Position numbers and translations under genes: made by a program. A DNA stretch of 64,000 nucleotides from NCBI GenBank assembly GCA_002269645.1, contig NIVC01002683.1, forward strand, positions 85,998-149,997, in the 5' to 3' direction. Each line of letters opens with the position of its first letter. The first letter of the stretch is position 1. The notes beneath the pieces were generated by a model. It worked only from the letters and a program-made list of their open reading frames with translations, made no database searches and was not told where the DNA came from. Below, piece after piece: positions 1 to 12,641 of the stretch. The DNA is from Macrostomum lignano (lineage: Eukaryota).

Positions 1-1098
1 TGGGCATATATGTTCAAGGTGAAATTTATCTATTTAGCATTTTGTACAAAAAGTAAAAAAATGTGCATACATGCAAAACTTCATTAAAAATTTAGGCCCT
101 AAGGAAGTTCAAATAAATTAGGCCTAATTTTGGCACTAATGTTACCATTGTTAAATTTATATATAATAATATGTATACTTTTCTTTTCTGGCAAAAAATC
201 CATTATTCTATATGCCTTTCTTGGTAATTTTTTTTTGTTTTGCATGCTTGATGTATGAACATGATTGATGTACACCTTGGCTAAGATTTAGAGCCTACTT
301 GCTAAGATTTACTTGCAATGCATTTTGCCCCTAAGCTTGTCACTTTTTGATTGAATTGCCTACCAAGCTTTTTCACTTAGGTTTGCCTACAAGGCCGTAG
401 AACATTTAGCCATAGATTTAGGTTACAAATATACCCCTGACCCTATATGGTCTGTAGGCTTATGTATGTACCTATTATTCTATTTTTAAGAGTAAAATTT
501 ACTCTCGTTTAAAAAGTTTTTAATAAAAAAGGCATGCTTCAAAAAGAACATTGTTAAAATTTTGCTTTTTGTTTTCCCACGGAGGGATGCATTCTCCTAA
601 AAACTTCCTTAAACTCAGTCCTTAGTGGCACTGAGTTCGAGTGACTGAGTGAGTCTAAACTTACCATCAATTGAAAAGTTGACGCATTCCTTAGAATATT
701 CATGGCGAAATACCAGGCTAGTGAGTCCTGTCTGAAGACTAAGAATTTTTAGGTTTAGCTATTTAGCTAAGACTATTTTAGCTATTTTAGCTAAGACTAA
801 GAATATTATCACTAATTATTTATAAATGATGCTATAACCCTAAACCCACGAATATTATCGAACAAGACAGTTAACTTGGAAGCAAAAGTTATATTTCCTG
901 GAAAAAGCGGATACAAATAGTAGAATAAATTAAATAAAAAAGTTAAAAATTATAAAAAATGTTTTAAGTACCACTTTTCATTTAAATAGTAAATTTTATA
1001 TTTAATTATTTAAAAAATACTTTTAAAATGGCTTTTTTAGTAGTCAGGGTATTTTGTTCGGTTTTTTTCAAAAAATGCTGAAACACCACACTACTTTA

Positions 1099-1516
1099 GG
1101 TCACTGGTCAGATTGTCACATTCCATTTCGTCATATCGGATGACGAAGTGACCAGAAGCAAAGTAGCTTGAAAAATAATATGACGAAGTGACCAAATATT
1201 TAGTTATGCTGGATACTTCGTCATCAACCAATCAATCTGTGCGTTATTCGAGTTAGTGTAAACTATTTTTTGTTTAATAACTATAAGCTGCGGCAAGCAG
1301 AACCGATCGATCGACAGGTTTTATCAATCGAGATGACAAAATGACTGGGCAATATTTAATTGCCACAATAATTCACTCGAAGTTGGAACTAATATGATTG
1401 GTGGATGACGAAATGACTCTCTTCAGGTAGGCCTAGTGCATGTTAATTAAGATGACGAAGTGACCATAGTCGAGGTGAGCACCCCAGACACTCAGATGAC
1501 GAAATGACTAAGAACC
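1099..1516. mobile_element. Non-autonomous DNA transposon (MITE) with GG...CC ends and repeated GACGAA(G/A)TGAC subterminal motifs
   Basis: 8-bp direct repeat CTACTTTA at 1091-1098 and 1517-1524; imperfect terminal IR (GGTCACTGGTCA vs rc GGTTCTTAGTCA); many GTCATTTCGTC/GACGAAATGAC motifs inside. Confidence 0.6.
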
Positions 1517-2183
1517 CTACTTTAATATGAAGTGCATGCATGCATATGCACAGTCTATGGTTGTTCTCATTGTCACGCTGCACGACGCACATATGGATGT
1601 CACTCGTCATTTCTTAAACTTTTAAACATTGTCAGCGTTGTCAGCATCGAGTCTAGAGTCTGGAAAAACAGAAACACCTAGCTTTATGTTCGATTTTTAG
1701 TGCATAGGCCTATGCTATGCATTGCCATTATACACAAGCATAATGTATGTGTACAGTCAAACAGATGCAAAGCGGCAAAATGTGTTATTATTCTATCTAT
1801 TCTTGTTGAACCACAGATACTATAGGCCTAGCCCCCCCCCCCTACTAGAATAACTAATTGGACCCCCAGGCCACTCAGGCATATATACTAAGCAAAGCAG
1901 CTTCCTACTTTCAATTCAGTAGGCCTTAGCAATGAAGACTAAAGATTATCATATGGTATCAGGTAGAGGTCGGATGGGATTGAAATCTTTGGGCAGGATC
2001 GGGATCGGGAATAATTTTTTTCTCGGGATTGGGATCGGGATTCGGGAATTGGGATCAGGTCTTTTTGTGTATTGTTCATGTAAAGTTAAACAAAATTGAG
2101 AAAAGATTATCAAGATCAAAAAGTAAAACACAATGAAATTGTAGATAAATAAAGGTAAATATCAACATGAAGTATTATTTGAG

Positions 2184-2228
2184 TTGCCGATGCATTTCGT
2201 CCATTTGCATTAGGACATCGTCAGGGTC
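2184..2228 (-). ncRNA. Minimal hammerhead ribozyme motif (mirror copy in left PLE arm)
   Basis: Reverse complement of the 3736-3780 motif. Confidence 0.6.
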
Positions 2229-2412
2229 TTTTTATTGAGAAACAATTTGAACAAATATTCAGTATATATAGATAGTTGAGAGTAACAAGAGTAGTTGACT
2301 TGAGTTTTTAATTGATGGTTTAAAACTTGTACATAGTAAACAATTTTTGATACAGTATTGGTTGGGTAAAGTGCATATCAGTTTCAAGCCAGTCCGGTCA
2401 TTGACAAATCAG

Positions 2413-3012
2413 CTAAAAAATTCTGAGTTGACGGCTAGCCCCACCCATCGCAAGTTGGTTATTTAACGTGGGCTGTTTGGTCTTAATGTACAGGGCTTCT
2501 AATAGGCAGAGCATGTGATCTCTATTACAAAAATCAATAGCCTTAATCATTTCGTGTGGTTCAGCCTCACAACAAGAATTGCAGGTTAGCAGGTGTTCGT
2601 TAATAGCAGAGTTTTTTAGCCAGTGCTCTCTGACCCTCGTGTATAAGTGTCGTTTAGTTTTTCCTATGTAGGAGATGCTCTGGTCCTCAGAGCAAACAAA
2701 TTTATACACGACACCAGCCGCGAGAGGACGTGGAACACTGGATTTCAACTTGCAGACAAACTTAGCAATCTTTTCGGTACGAAACACAACACGGATTTGA
2801 GTGTTTAAGTCTTTACGGAGCAGCTTTTCTAACTTCTTTTTAAACTCTATAGAACAAACACCAAAGTAAGGCAAAGTGATCAAGGGACATTCAGAGGTGG
2901 AATCACGAACTTTCATCCGATTAGGTTCAGTCAGTTTGTCATTGAGAAAAGAGTTGACAATTTTCATCACAAAGTTCTTAGGATAGCCATTGTAGCTGAG
3001 CAGATTGGTGAG
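2413..3012 (-). pseudogene. PLE C-terminal fragment: RT thumb plus GIY-YIG endonuclease (left arm)
   Basis: NGYP...ITLPYFG...VVYKFVCS...SYIGKTKRHLYTRVREH...LEALYIKTKQPTLN; no RT core, so 5'-truncated. Confidence 0.85.
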
Positions 3013-3014
3013 GA

Positions 3015-3551
3015 TTTCTCAATGACAAACTGACTGAACCTAATCGGATGAAAGTTCGTGATTCCACCTCTGAATGTCCCTTGATCACTTTGCCTTACTT
3101 TGGTGTTTGTTCTATAGAGTTTAAAAAGAAGTTAGAAAAGCTGCTCCGTAAAGACTTAAACACTCAAATCCGTGTTGTGTTTCGTACCGAAAAGATTGCT
3201 AAGTTTGTCTGCAAGTTGAAATCCAGTGTTCCACGTCCTCTCGCGGCTGGTGTCGTGTATAAATTTGTTTGCTCTGAGGACCAGAGCATCTCCTACATAG
3301 GAAAAACTAAACGACACTTATACACGAGGGTCAGAGAGCACTGGCTAAAAAACTCTGCTATTAACGAACACCTGCTAACCTGCAATTCTTGTTGTGAGGC
3401 TGAACCACACGAAATGATTAAGGCTATTGATTTTTGTAATAGAGATCACATGCTCTGCCTATTAGAAGCCCTGTACATTAAGACCAAACAGCCCACGTTA
3501 AATAACCAACTTGCGATGGGTGGGGCTAGCCGTCAACTCAGAATTTTTTAG
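3015..3551 (+). pseudogene. PLE C-terminal fragment with GIY-YIG endonuclease (right arm)
   Basis: Protein identical to the minus-strand copy from MKVRD onward; GIY-YIG motifs present. Confidence 0.85.
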
Positions 3552-3735
3552 CTGATTTGTCAATGACCGGACTGGCTTGAAACTGATATGCACTTTACCC
3601 AACCAATACTGTATCAAAAATTGTTTACTATGTACAAGTTTTAAACCATCAATTAAAAACTCAAGTCAACTACTCTTGTTACTCTCAACTATCTATATAT
3701 ACTGAATATTCGTTCAAATTGTTTCTCAATAAAAA

Positions 3736-3780
3736 GACCCTGACGATGTCCTAATGCAAATGGACGAAATGCATCGGCAA
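3736..3780 (+). ncRNA. Minimal hammerhead ribozyme motif in the PLE 3' region
   Basis: CTGACGA(3740-46)-T-GTCC...GGAC (stem II)-GAAA-TGCA-TC: palindromic short stem III and AUC cleavage triplet; stem I is weak (2 bp CC/GG by eye). Confidence 0.6.
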
Positions 3781-4734
3781 CTCAAATAATACTTCATGTT
3801 GATATTTACCTTTATTTATCTACTCTTCATCAAGCGAGCCACTTTACCTGATTACAATGAAATTGATATGAAGTTTTGTAACCAACAAAGTAAATAATGT
3901 AACAAGTACAAGTTAAAGCAAAATACCTTCAAGTAATCACTAATTCTATAAATTATTAATCAAAAGACCTGTTCCCGAATCTCGAGTTTTTTAGGGTCGG
4001 AATTCTGGTCCCGCAGGAATTCAATTTTCCTCGGGATCCTAAGATTTCGGGATCGGGATCAGGATCCCGTCCGACCTCTAGTATCAGGCCTATTTTACTA
4101 TTTAAGAATAAAGTAATAACATTATATTATGATGGTTATGAGTCATGACTATTTTATGAATGGCATCTATCTAATCAAGTTTAAATTAAACTAGGCCTAT
4201 GGGTTATCTTGTCTAGGCCTAGTGCAATTTTAGACCTTGGGTATAAATGTCTATAGTGTCTATTGTATAGGCCTATTTATAATATTGTAATACTAGGCCT
4301 AATAAACAGTGTTAGGCAGGCACCAGCCTAGTAAAAAGCATTAAAAAGCATTAAAGATCTTTCATTAACACTAATAGATTGAAGATTGCCATTTTTACAT
4401 TTTTACATTAATTTGCATTAGACGCTAATAATTTTGTGAGTTAATGACAAATTTATTATTGACATTAATGGCAATGTCAATGACAAAGATTCAAAGAAAG
4501 AACAAAAACATAAGTCTGACAATAAGTCACAGCATTAAAGATAGGCCTATATTTGAATTTATCTAAATGCCCAATTAATCTTTGTTTATAACAATATAAT
4601 AAGTTTTAGATAAATAAGTTATTTCCCTATTGGAATAAGTGTAGAAAACTTAAGGATGCGCAATGGGGTCTAAAATTGTAGTTTAAAAATTTGGCTTGAC
4701 GTAGAAAATATTAACTTTTTTACCAAATACAGGT

Positions 4735-4800
4735 GTACTAATTAGATAATGAGGCATTTAGCCTTAATAAGATAGACATAGTTACTTTTACCATTTAGCC
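4735..4800 (-). other. Degenerate 28S rRNA-derived fragment (R2 target-site region)
   Basis: ACTAATTAGATAATGAGGCATTTAGCC...GACATAGTTACT resembles antisense 28S ACTAATTAGATGACGAGGCATTTGGCTACCTTAAGAGAGTCATAGTTACT. Confidence 0.55.
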
Positions 4801-6021
4801 AAAATGGCACCATACTGCAACACTATCTGCCTTGACTCTAGTCTAGTCCTTCTAGAAAGTGTGAAAAGTGGAGAGAGAAGAGAGAAAAGGGTGAAAAAAG
4901 TGAGAGGAGAAGGGGAGGAGAAGAAAGAGGAAAGATGGGATTGAGAAAAGATGGGATAGTAGATGAGTCAAGGTAAGGTACATTGTTTGAGGAAAGCCAG
5001 GAAAACAAAAGCAAAAATGAACATTAGCATTTTTTTCTTTAATAATAGGAAATTACAATTTATATAATTTATAAATTACTAATTTATATATTAATTATAA
5101 ATTACAATTTATATACAAAACATGTTTGGCAAAATATTTTGCACAAAGATTAATAAATTGTAATTTTGTATTATTAAATAAAAAATGCAAATAGTAGATG
5201 AGATGAGAAGATAAAGCAGAGAAAAGAAAAAAGAGTAAAGAGGAGACAGAAAAGAAAGGAGAAGAGCTGAGATAAGTTTCAATAACCTCAAATCCTAATT
5301 TGACACAATTTTACTCTATTTTTTGCTTACCTAAAGTATTATACCTCCAGTATTCCTAAGTAATTAACAATTTCTGTTTGAGTATGATTTTAGATTTAAG
5401 AATGCATGTAAAATAGTTCCCAGGATTAGAATTTGGTTGGTTCAAAATCTGCAGTTAAGAGTCAGAGATCCTTGAGTTGAAATTATTGATAATCTGATGC
5501 AATAAAAGTGAAAACTTCCTATGTTTCTTATTATAGTAAAGGTTTAATAGAATCTATTTTTCCAGATAAAGTGTGATTCTGATTCTAATTTTTGCTAGCA
5601 TCCTAGAATTTTAAGATTATGGAATATATATATAAGTTAAATGGGATCAATTTTTGGGATTCTTTCTACCCTTAGCCAATCAGTGGAGTAGTTCAATTGT
5701 AAATGCATTTGAATTTCACCACAACCCCAGGTATAATTCTTTTCGAGACCACATTTATTTGGGGCTTGTGTGTGAAAATTGACTGGATAGTATTGTGTGA
5801 TTCATATACATGTGGGGAGGGGCAATTCCTTCAGACACAAAAAGTGTACATGCCTGTTTATTAGAAAGTCAGGGCCGACAGCATTATGTAGGGTGTTTAC
5901 AGCTCCCTACATAACTTGCTAAGTGTACTTTTGTTTATTGTTATTACTGTAGCATTTCATTTTCGCAGTCATAATATCAACTTTCAGAAATTTTAAACAC
6001 CTATCAACAAAACGGCGCACA

Positions 6022-6357
6022 ATGTCTTCTGGTACAAGCAAACCTGATCAGCAGAAAAAAGACGATAAAAGCAACAACAAAGACAAGGACAAAGAATCAT
6101 CATCCGCTGGAGCCAATGCCAGCCCAAAGAAAGACGTTGGCATGCTTGAGGACGATGACGAGTTTGAAGAATTCCCAACTGAAGACTGGGGCCCAGCCGA
6201 TGAGGAAGGATCCGACGATCCTGACGCGGTGAACGTCTGGGAGGACAACTGGGACGATGATGATGTTGAAGATGATTTTAGTAAGCAGCTTCGCGCGGAA
6301 CTGGCTAAACAGGGCTTCACGGCTGCTCAAGTGCCTGTTATCAAACAGGATAATTAG
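6022..6357 (+). CDS. SEM1: 26S proteasome subunit SEM1/DSS1
   Basis: [15 protein letters not shown]...[23 protein letters not shown] is the DSS1/SEM1 signature; single exon with ATG and TAG. Confidence 0.95.
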   Translation: MSSGTSKPDQQKKDDKSNNKDKDKESSSAGANASPKKDVGMLEDDDEFEEFPTEDWGPADEEGSDDPDAVNVWEDNWDDDDVEDDFSKQLRAELAKQGFTAAQVPVIKQDN

Positions 6358-6469
6358 ATTGTCAGAAACGGTCACTTTGAAAACTTTTGTACCTGTTAAT
6401 TTACTTAGGTTAGAAGTATATCGTCTAAATAAATTATCCGACAATGTTTGACAATAAATTAGTTTACAC

Positions 6470-6795
6470 ATTGTGTCTGACAATATATTAGCTGGCATAT
6501 TTTGTCAGACATTTTATCAGCTGACACATTTTGTTAGACAATATATTAGCTGACACATTTTGTCTGACAATATCAGCTGACACATTTTGTCTAACAATAT
6601 ATTAGCTGACACATTTTGTCTGACAATATATTAGCTGACACATTTTGTCTGACAATATATCAGCTGACACTTTTTGTCTAACAATATATTAGCTGACACA
6701 TTTTCTCTGACAATATATTAGCTGACACATTTTGTCTGACAATATCAGCTGACACATTTTGTCTGACAGTGTTTTGATCTGACACATTGTAAGCT
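6470..6795. repeat. ~27-29-bp minisatellite (GCTGACACATTTTGTCTGACAATATATTA)
   Basis: About 10 tandem copies visible. Confidence 0.9.
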
Positions 6796-7334
6796 GAGAA
6801 TAGATTAGCAAACACTAACTTGTCAGATTATCATATTAACTGATATAACTAATTGCAACTATACATCAGGATAATCTATTGTAGTTGATGTCTTGCAGAG
6901 GTGGGCTGGTAATTAATTCTTTTACTCAGAAACACCGTAAGCCGGCATGTGTGCATATTTATTCAATTTAAAATCCTAGCTACTGACCATTAACTCAATA
7001 AGTAACAAAGTATGCAAATTCTGCTTTGAAAGGATTTGTTTTTGTGTGGACTTAAAAAAGCATTTTAAAATTATTGTGCACCTAAACCCTACCCGTGTTT
7101 TGGAACTGAACACAATTCAACATTGTTGCTAATTCAACCGCTTGTTTACTAATAGTAGTTGTAATTCAATAATAAAAGTATATTTCTGCATTCGGTGAAC
7201 AAAATACGCTTTGTTTTCTGGCTGACTTTTCACTTTGATAAAGTACCTGTTGTACTTGTGTTATTTCAGTTTATTTAGGTACTTTGTATTTTTATTGTAA
7301 GCAAACATTTGTAGTTTAATTGCTCAAGTTGTCA

Positions 7335-10130
7335 ATCTCCTAATCAAGATGTCATTCTTCTAATCAAGATGTCATTCTTCTAATCAAGATGTCATTCTCC
7401 TAATAAAGATGTCATTCTCCTAATAAAGATGTCATTCTCTAATCAATATGTCATTCTCCTAATCAAGATGTCATTCTCTAATCAATATGTCATTCTCCTA
7501 ATCCAGATGTCATTCTCTAATCAATATGTCATTCTTCTAATCAATATGTCATTCTCCTAATCAAGATGTCATTCCCCTAATCAAGATGTCATTCTCCTAA
7601 TCAATATGTCATTCTCCTAATCAATATGTCATTCTCCTAATCAAGATGTCATTCTCTAATCAATATGTCATTCTCCTAATCAAGATGTCATTCTCTAATC
7701 AATATGTCATTCTCCTAATAAAGATGTCATTCTCTAATCAATATGTCATTCTCCTAATCAAGATGTCATTCTTCTAATCAAGATGTCATTCTTCTAATCA
7801 AGATGTCATTCTCCTAATAAAGATGTCATTCTCCTAATAAAGATGTCATTCTCTAATCAATATGTCATTCTCCTAATCAAGATGTCATTCTCTAATCAAT
7901 ATGTCATTCTCCTAATCAAGATGTCATTCTTCTAATCAAGATGTCATTCTTCTAATCAAGATGTCATTCTCCTAATAAAGATGTCATTCTCTAATCAATA
8001 TGTCATTCTCCTAATCAAGATGTCATTCTTCTAATCAAGATGTCATTCTTCTAATCAAGATGTCATTCTCCTAATAAAGATGTCATTCTCCTAATAAAGA
8101 TGTCATTCTCTAATCAATATGTCATTCTCCTAATCAAGATGTCATTCTCTAATCAATATGTCATTCTCCTAATCCAGATGTCATTCTCTAATCAATATGT
8201 CATTCTCCTAATCAATATGTCATTCTCCTAATCAAGATGTCATTCCCCTAATCAAGATGTCATTCTCCTAATCAATATGTCATTCTCCTAATCAATATGT
8301 CATTCTCCTAATCAAGATGTCATTCTCTAATCAATATGTCATTCTCCTAATCAATATGTCATTCTCCTAATCCAGATGTCATTCTCTAATCAATATGTCA
8401 TTCTCCTAATCAATATGTCATTCTCCTAATCAAGATGTCATTCTCCTAATCAATATGTCATTCTCCTAATCAAGATGTCATTCTCTAATCAATATGTCAT
8501 TCTCCTAATCCAGATGTCATTCTCTAATCAATATGTCATTCTCCTAATCAATATGTCATTCTCCTAATCAAGATGTCATTCTCTAATCAATATGTCATTC
8601 TCCTAATCAAGATGTCATTCTCCTAATCAATATGTCATTCTCCTAATCAATATGTCATTCTCTAATCAATATGTCATTCTCCTAATCAATATGTCATTCT
8701 CCTAATCAATATGTCATTCTCCTAATCAATATGTCATTCTCCTAATCAATATGTCATTCTCCTAATCAATATGTCATTCTCCTAATCCAGATGTCATTCT
8801 CTAATCAATATGTCATTCTCCTAATCAATATGTCATTCTCCTAATCCAGATGTCATTCTCTAATCAATATGTCATTCTCCTAATCAATATGTCATTCTCC
8901 TAATCAAGATGTCATTCTCTAATCAATATGTCATTCTCCTAATCAATATGTCATTCTCCTAATCAATATGTCATTCTCTAATCAATATGTCATTCTCCTA
9001 ATCAATATGTCATTCTCCTAATCCAGATGTCATTCTCTAATCAATATGTCATTCTCCTAATCAATATGTCATTCTCCTAATCAAGATGTCATTCTCTAAT
9101 CAATATGTCATTCTCCTAATCAATATGTCATTCTCCTAATCAATATGTCATTCTCTAATCAATATGTCATTCTCCTAATCAAGATGTCATTCTCCTAATC
9201 AAGATGTCATTCCCCTAATCAAGATGTCATTCTCCTAATCAGTGTGTCATTCACTCTCCTAATCAAGATGTCATTTCCCTAATCAATGTCATTCTCCTAA
9301 TCAAGACGTCATTCTCTAATCAATATGTCATTCTCCTAATCAAGACGTCATTCTCTAATCAAGATGTCATTCTCCTAATCAAGATGTCATTCCCCTAATC
9401 AAGATGTCATTCTCCTAATCAAGATTTCACTCTCCTAATCAGGGTGTCATTCACTCTCCTAATCAGGGTGTCATTCACTCCTAATCAGGGTGTCATTCAC
9501 TCTCCTAATCAGGGTGTCATTCACTCCTAATCAGGGTGTCATTCACTCTCCTAATCAGGGTGTCATTCACTCCTAATCAAGATGTCATTCTCGTAATTAA
9601 GACGTCATCATTCTCCTAATCAAGATGTTATTCTCCTAATCAAGATGTCATTCTCCTAATCAAGATTTTATTATCCTAACCAGGGTGTCATGCACTCTCC
9701 TAATTAAAATGCCACTCTCCTAATCAGGGTGTCATTCACTCTCCTAATCAGGATTTCACTCTCCTAATCAGGGTGTCACTCTCCTAATCAGGATATCACT
9801 CTCCTAATCAGGGTGTCAGTCTCCTAATCAGGATGTCACTCTCCTAATCAGCGTGTCACTCTCCTAATCAGGATGTCACTCTCCAAATCAGCGTGTCACT
9901 CTCCTAATCAGGATGTCACTCTCCTAATCAGCGTGTCACTCTCCTAATCAGGATGTCACTCTCCAAATCAGCGTGTCACTCTCCTAATCAGGATGTCACT
10001 CTCCTAATCAGCGTGTCACTCTCCTAATCAGGATGTCACTCTCCTAATCAGCGTGTCACTCTCCTAATCAGGTTATCACTCGCCTAATCAGGTTATCACT
10101 CGCCTAATCAGGTTGTCACTCTCCTAATCA
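7335..10130. repeat. ~19-20-bp satellite (CTAATCAA[G/T]ATGTCATTCTC), grading to CTAATCAGGATGTCACTCTC
   Basis: About 2.8 kb continuous tandem array. Confidence 0.97.
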
Positions 10131-10249
10131 AGGTATTAATTTGTCTCAATAGTCATAATGTCAATCTGTAATAGGAAACAAGACTTAAAGACAGCAGACA
10201 ATCAAACTGCAGTACAGACTAATTGCTTTAAAATTGCTAAACTTGCTTC

Positions 10250-11101
10250 ATGCTGACCTGGATCAAATCTAGGCTACCAGTTAAAACTGGAGCCAACAGC
10301 ACAGTAAGCAAAACTACTAATAGTAGCAACAGTCATGAAGAAAGCACTGCTGACGCTGCACAGGAAAGTGCATCCGTTGCTGACGCAAATTCTGAATCTC
10401 TAACAGCCATCTCCGTACAGCCATCGATTACGTCATCAGCTTCGTCAATAATCAGTTTTCATAAACAGAAGCCTGCAAAAAATGCTACGGTTGATACTGA
10501 GCAAGGTGTTAACCAACAACAAGACAATGCTTCAGACTCTGATGAAGCAGCAGATGACGGAGACACGGCCGAATCGTCGGCGCTACTGTCCAATTGGTTT
10601 AAAAATTCCAGTGTACTCTCAGGTGCATCCAGCACTAAAGATCCAATTTTACACTGTCTTGGCCTGTCTAGAAAGCAGCGAGTCCTGGTATTTGTCTGCC
10701 TGTTGTTACTAGGCAGTTTGTTTCTCAGTCTTAGTTTCGTCTTTCTTCTCATGCTGCTATTGAAAGCGAGAAAATTTGCCATCTTGTATTCAATGGGCTC
10801 TTTCTGTTTAATATTGTCCTTCTCTGCGCTGTGGGGTCCGGTGGCGCACTTCAAGCATCTTGTCTCCGGGCCTAGGATTACATTTTCGGCCGCTTATTTC
10901 AGCAGTTTGATTGGCACTTTGTATTGCGCTATTGGGCTGCACTCTGCCCTAGCCGCTCTGGTTTGTTGCGCCTGTCAAATTGGCTGTTTAGTCTGGTATT
11001 TGGTTTCCTACATTCCTGGTGGAGTTAAGGGACTTCAAGTTTTTGCTAAAATGTTCTACTCGGCTTCCGTTCGAACAGTGAAGTCTTGCGCTCCGGCTTA
11101 G
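10250..11101 (+). CDS. SFT2: Vesicle transport protein SFT2-like (SFT2D3-type, long N-terminus), single exon
   Basis: LGLSRKQRVLVFVCLLLLG...ARKFAILYSMGS...LWGP..H..L.S..R..F...YF..L..TLY.A...LVWYLVSYIPGG matches the Got1/Sft2 four-TM domain. Confidence 0.9.
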   Translation: MLTWIKSRLPVKTGANSTVSKTTNSSNSHEESTADAAQESASVADANSESLTAISVQPSITSSASSIISFHKQKPAKNATVDTEQGVNQQQDNASDSDEAADDGDTAESSALLSNWFKNSSVLSGASSTKDPILHCLGLSRKQRVLVFVCLLLLGSLFLSLSFVFLLMLLLKARKFAILYSMGSFCLILSFSALWGPVAHFKHLVSGPRITFSAAYFSSLIGTLYCAIGLHSALAALVCCACQIGCLVWYLVSYIPGGVKGLQVFAKMFYSASVRTVKSCAPA

Positions 11102-11209
11102 GATTCATCAAAAACTTGGGAGTATTGGTCTTCCGAATTTTTGTTGCCGTGTCAAGATCAACATTCGGATATGCAGTGAAGCTATGATATAAACCTACCG
11201 CTTTTGATG

Positions 11210-11963
11210 ATCTAAATGGGAATTCGGACAATCAAAACGGGACGCCATAGACATTCAAGCCAGGCCACAGATCGCACCCTAGTCATGAACTTTAGCAGTT
11301 TAGCGAAGTCTAACTGAGGCAGGCTTGGCCATAGACTATAACTTTGGACATTCAATATGGGAAAAAGCCATTCAAAACGAGAATCGGACTGAGATTTTAT
11401 GGCTCTCTGTCCCTTCCTCCTCCCCGGTTTGCTCGTCTTTGGCCTGAAAGCGACCCCATTCAGTGGCGCCAGCAATTCCTGTAGCAGATCGCCAGCGGCT
11501 GATTGATGCGATTGAACAAGGGCCATCTATCGCTGGCGCTGCAAGAATCTTGCAAATCAAGAAAACAACCGCATTCTGAATCGCTGCCAACTTTCGACTC
11601 GATGGAATCCCTTCTTCGCGGTGGTCGAAAAGAAGGATTGTGCAAGGCCGATCAGGAAATCGGAGAATTCTTGAAGTTTAGAAGTTGAGAAACTCGATGA
11701 AAACCCTTTGCTGACGCTCAATAAGTTCTGAGTTACACTCTGAGGATACTTTGTTCACTTTTAAATATTCCAGTGGCCCTGAGATATAAAAAAATACATT
11801 AAATTAGGCGAATTTCCGTTTTGAATGGCTTTTTCCCATTTTAACTGTCCAATGTCCATTTCACATTCTATGATTGTGTATTCCCAAGCAGCCCGAGTCT
11901 GTGGCCTGCATGGCTTGAATGTCTATGGCATCCCGTTTTGATTGTCCAAATTCCCATGTAGAT
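11210..11963. mobile_element. MITE/foldback element with ~190-bp imperfect TIRs
   Basis: ATCTAAATGGGAATTCGGACAATCAAAACGGGACGCCATAGACATTCAAGCC mirrored at 11900-11963; ATGGGAAAAAGCCATTCAAAACG mirrored at ~11815-11840. Confidence 0.75.
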
Positions 11964-12641
11964 TAAGGTATATTAATATCAATATCATTGTTACCATATC
12001 CATGCTTCAGTAATGCCTTGTCTGGCTTGTTTTATGCTGGTATTTTAAGAATTAAAACCCACTGGGTTCTTACTTAACATGTATACATACTTTTTTCAAG
12101 CTAATTAATTGATACTATGAGCAAGAGTCCTTAGGCGGTATCGAGCTATCGAAGACTGACTTTTCATTGTCTATAGCCCAAATTTGGGACCATTTTGTAG
12201 AATATTTTTTGCTCTAGTAGGTGGGCTTGGTCCGTGTTTTACTTTGTTTTACTTAATTGCATTTTTCAAAGTTTGGTATCCTATAGTTATAGTTCGATAT
12301 GTTACTGTTGCAATATGCAGATGGATTAGTATATAAACTACTGATTTCTGACGATAGATACTATTGATTAATTGATTGATTTCAAATTTGCTTACCATAC
12401 TAAATTATGCATGAATTTTTGTTTTTGGTTTAATTAATAGATACCAGAAATAGCATAGATAATTTACTCGCAATTTAAGTTGCAAAAAAGCAGAGCGTCT
12501 ACTACTTTTTAGTAGTTTGTGTCTGTGCTGCGTCGCTTAAATTTAATGTGAAAAAAATATTTTGGGGGGAGGGTTGCGGCTTCAATTGACAAACGAACAC
12601 TAGATGTGCTCATATAAATTTGAACACAAGTTAACGCAAGA

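Larger units (their letters stand above)
2142..3853. mobile_element. 5'-truncated Penelope-like retroelement inserted as a head-to-head inverted duplication
   Basis: Arms 2141-2949 and 3015-3823 are near-perfect reverse complements; 12-bp TSD ACAATGAAATTG at 2130-2141 and 3854-3865; the 65-bp spacer reads LTNLLSYNGYPKNFV on minus (NGYP motif of the PLE RT thumb). Confidence 0.85.
1964..4080. mobile_element. Non-autonomous hAT-type element hosting a nested Penelope-like insertion
   Basis: TIR TAGAGGTCGGA(T/C)GGGAT at both ends; 8-bp TSD GTATCAGG at 1956-1963 and 4081-4088; GGGATC subterminal repeats. TAG...CTA ends with an 8-bp TSD are typical of hAT. Confidence 0.8.

Noticed and set aside
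6048-6498. Antisense and alternative-frame ORFs over SEM1, SFT2, ILK, RASL10 and the LINE
   Set aside because: Shadow ORFs of GC-rich coding sequence with no recognisable motifs
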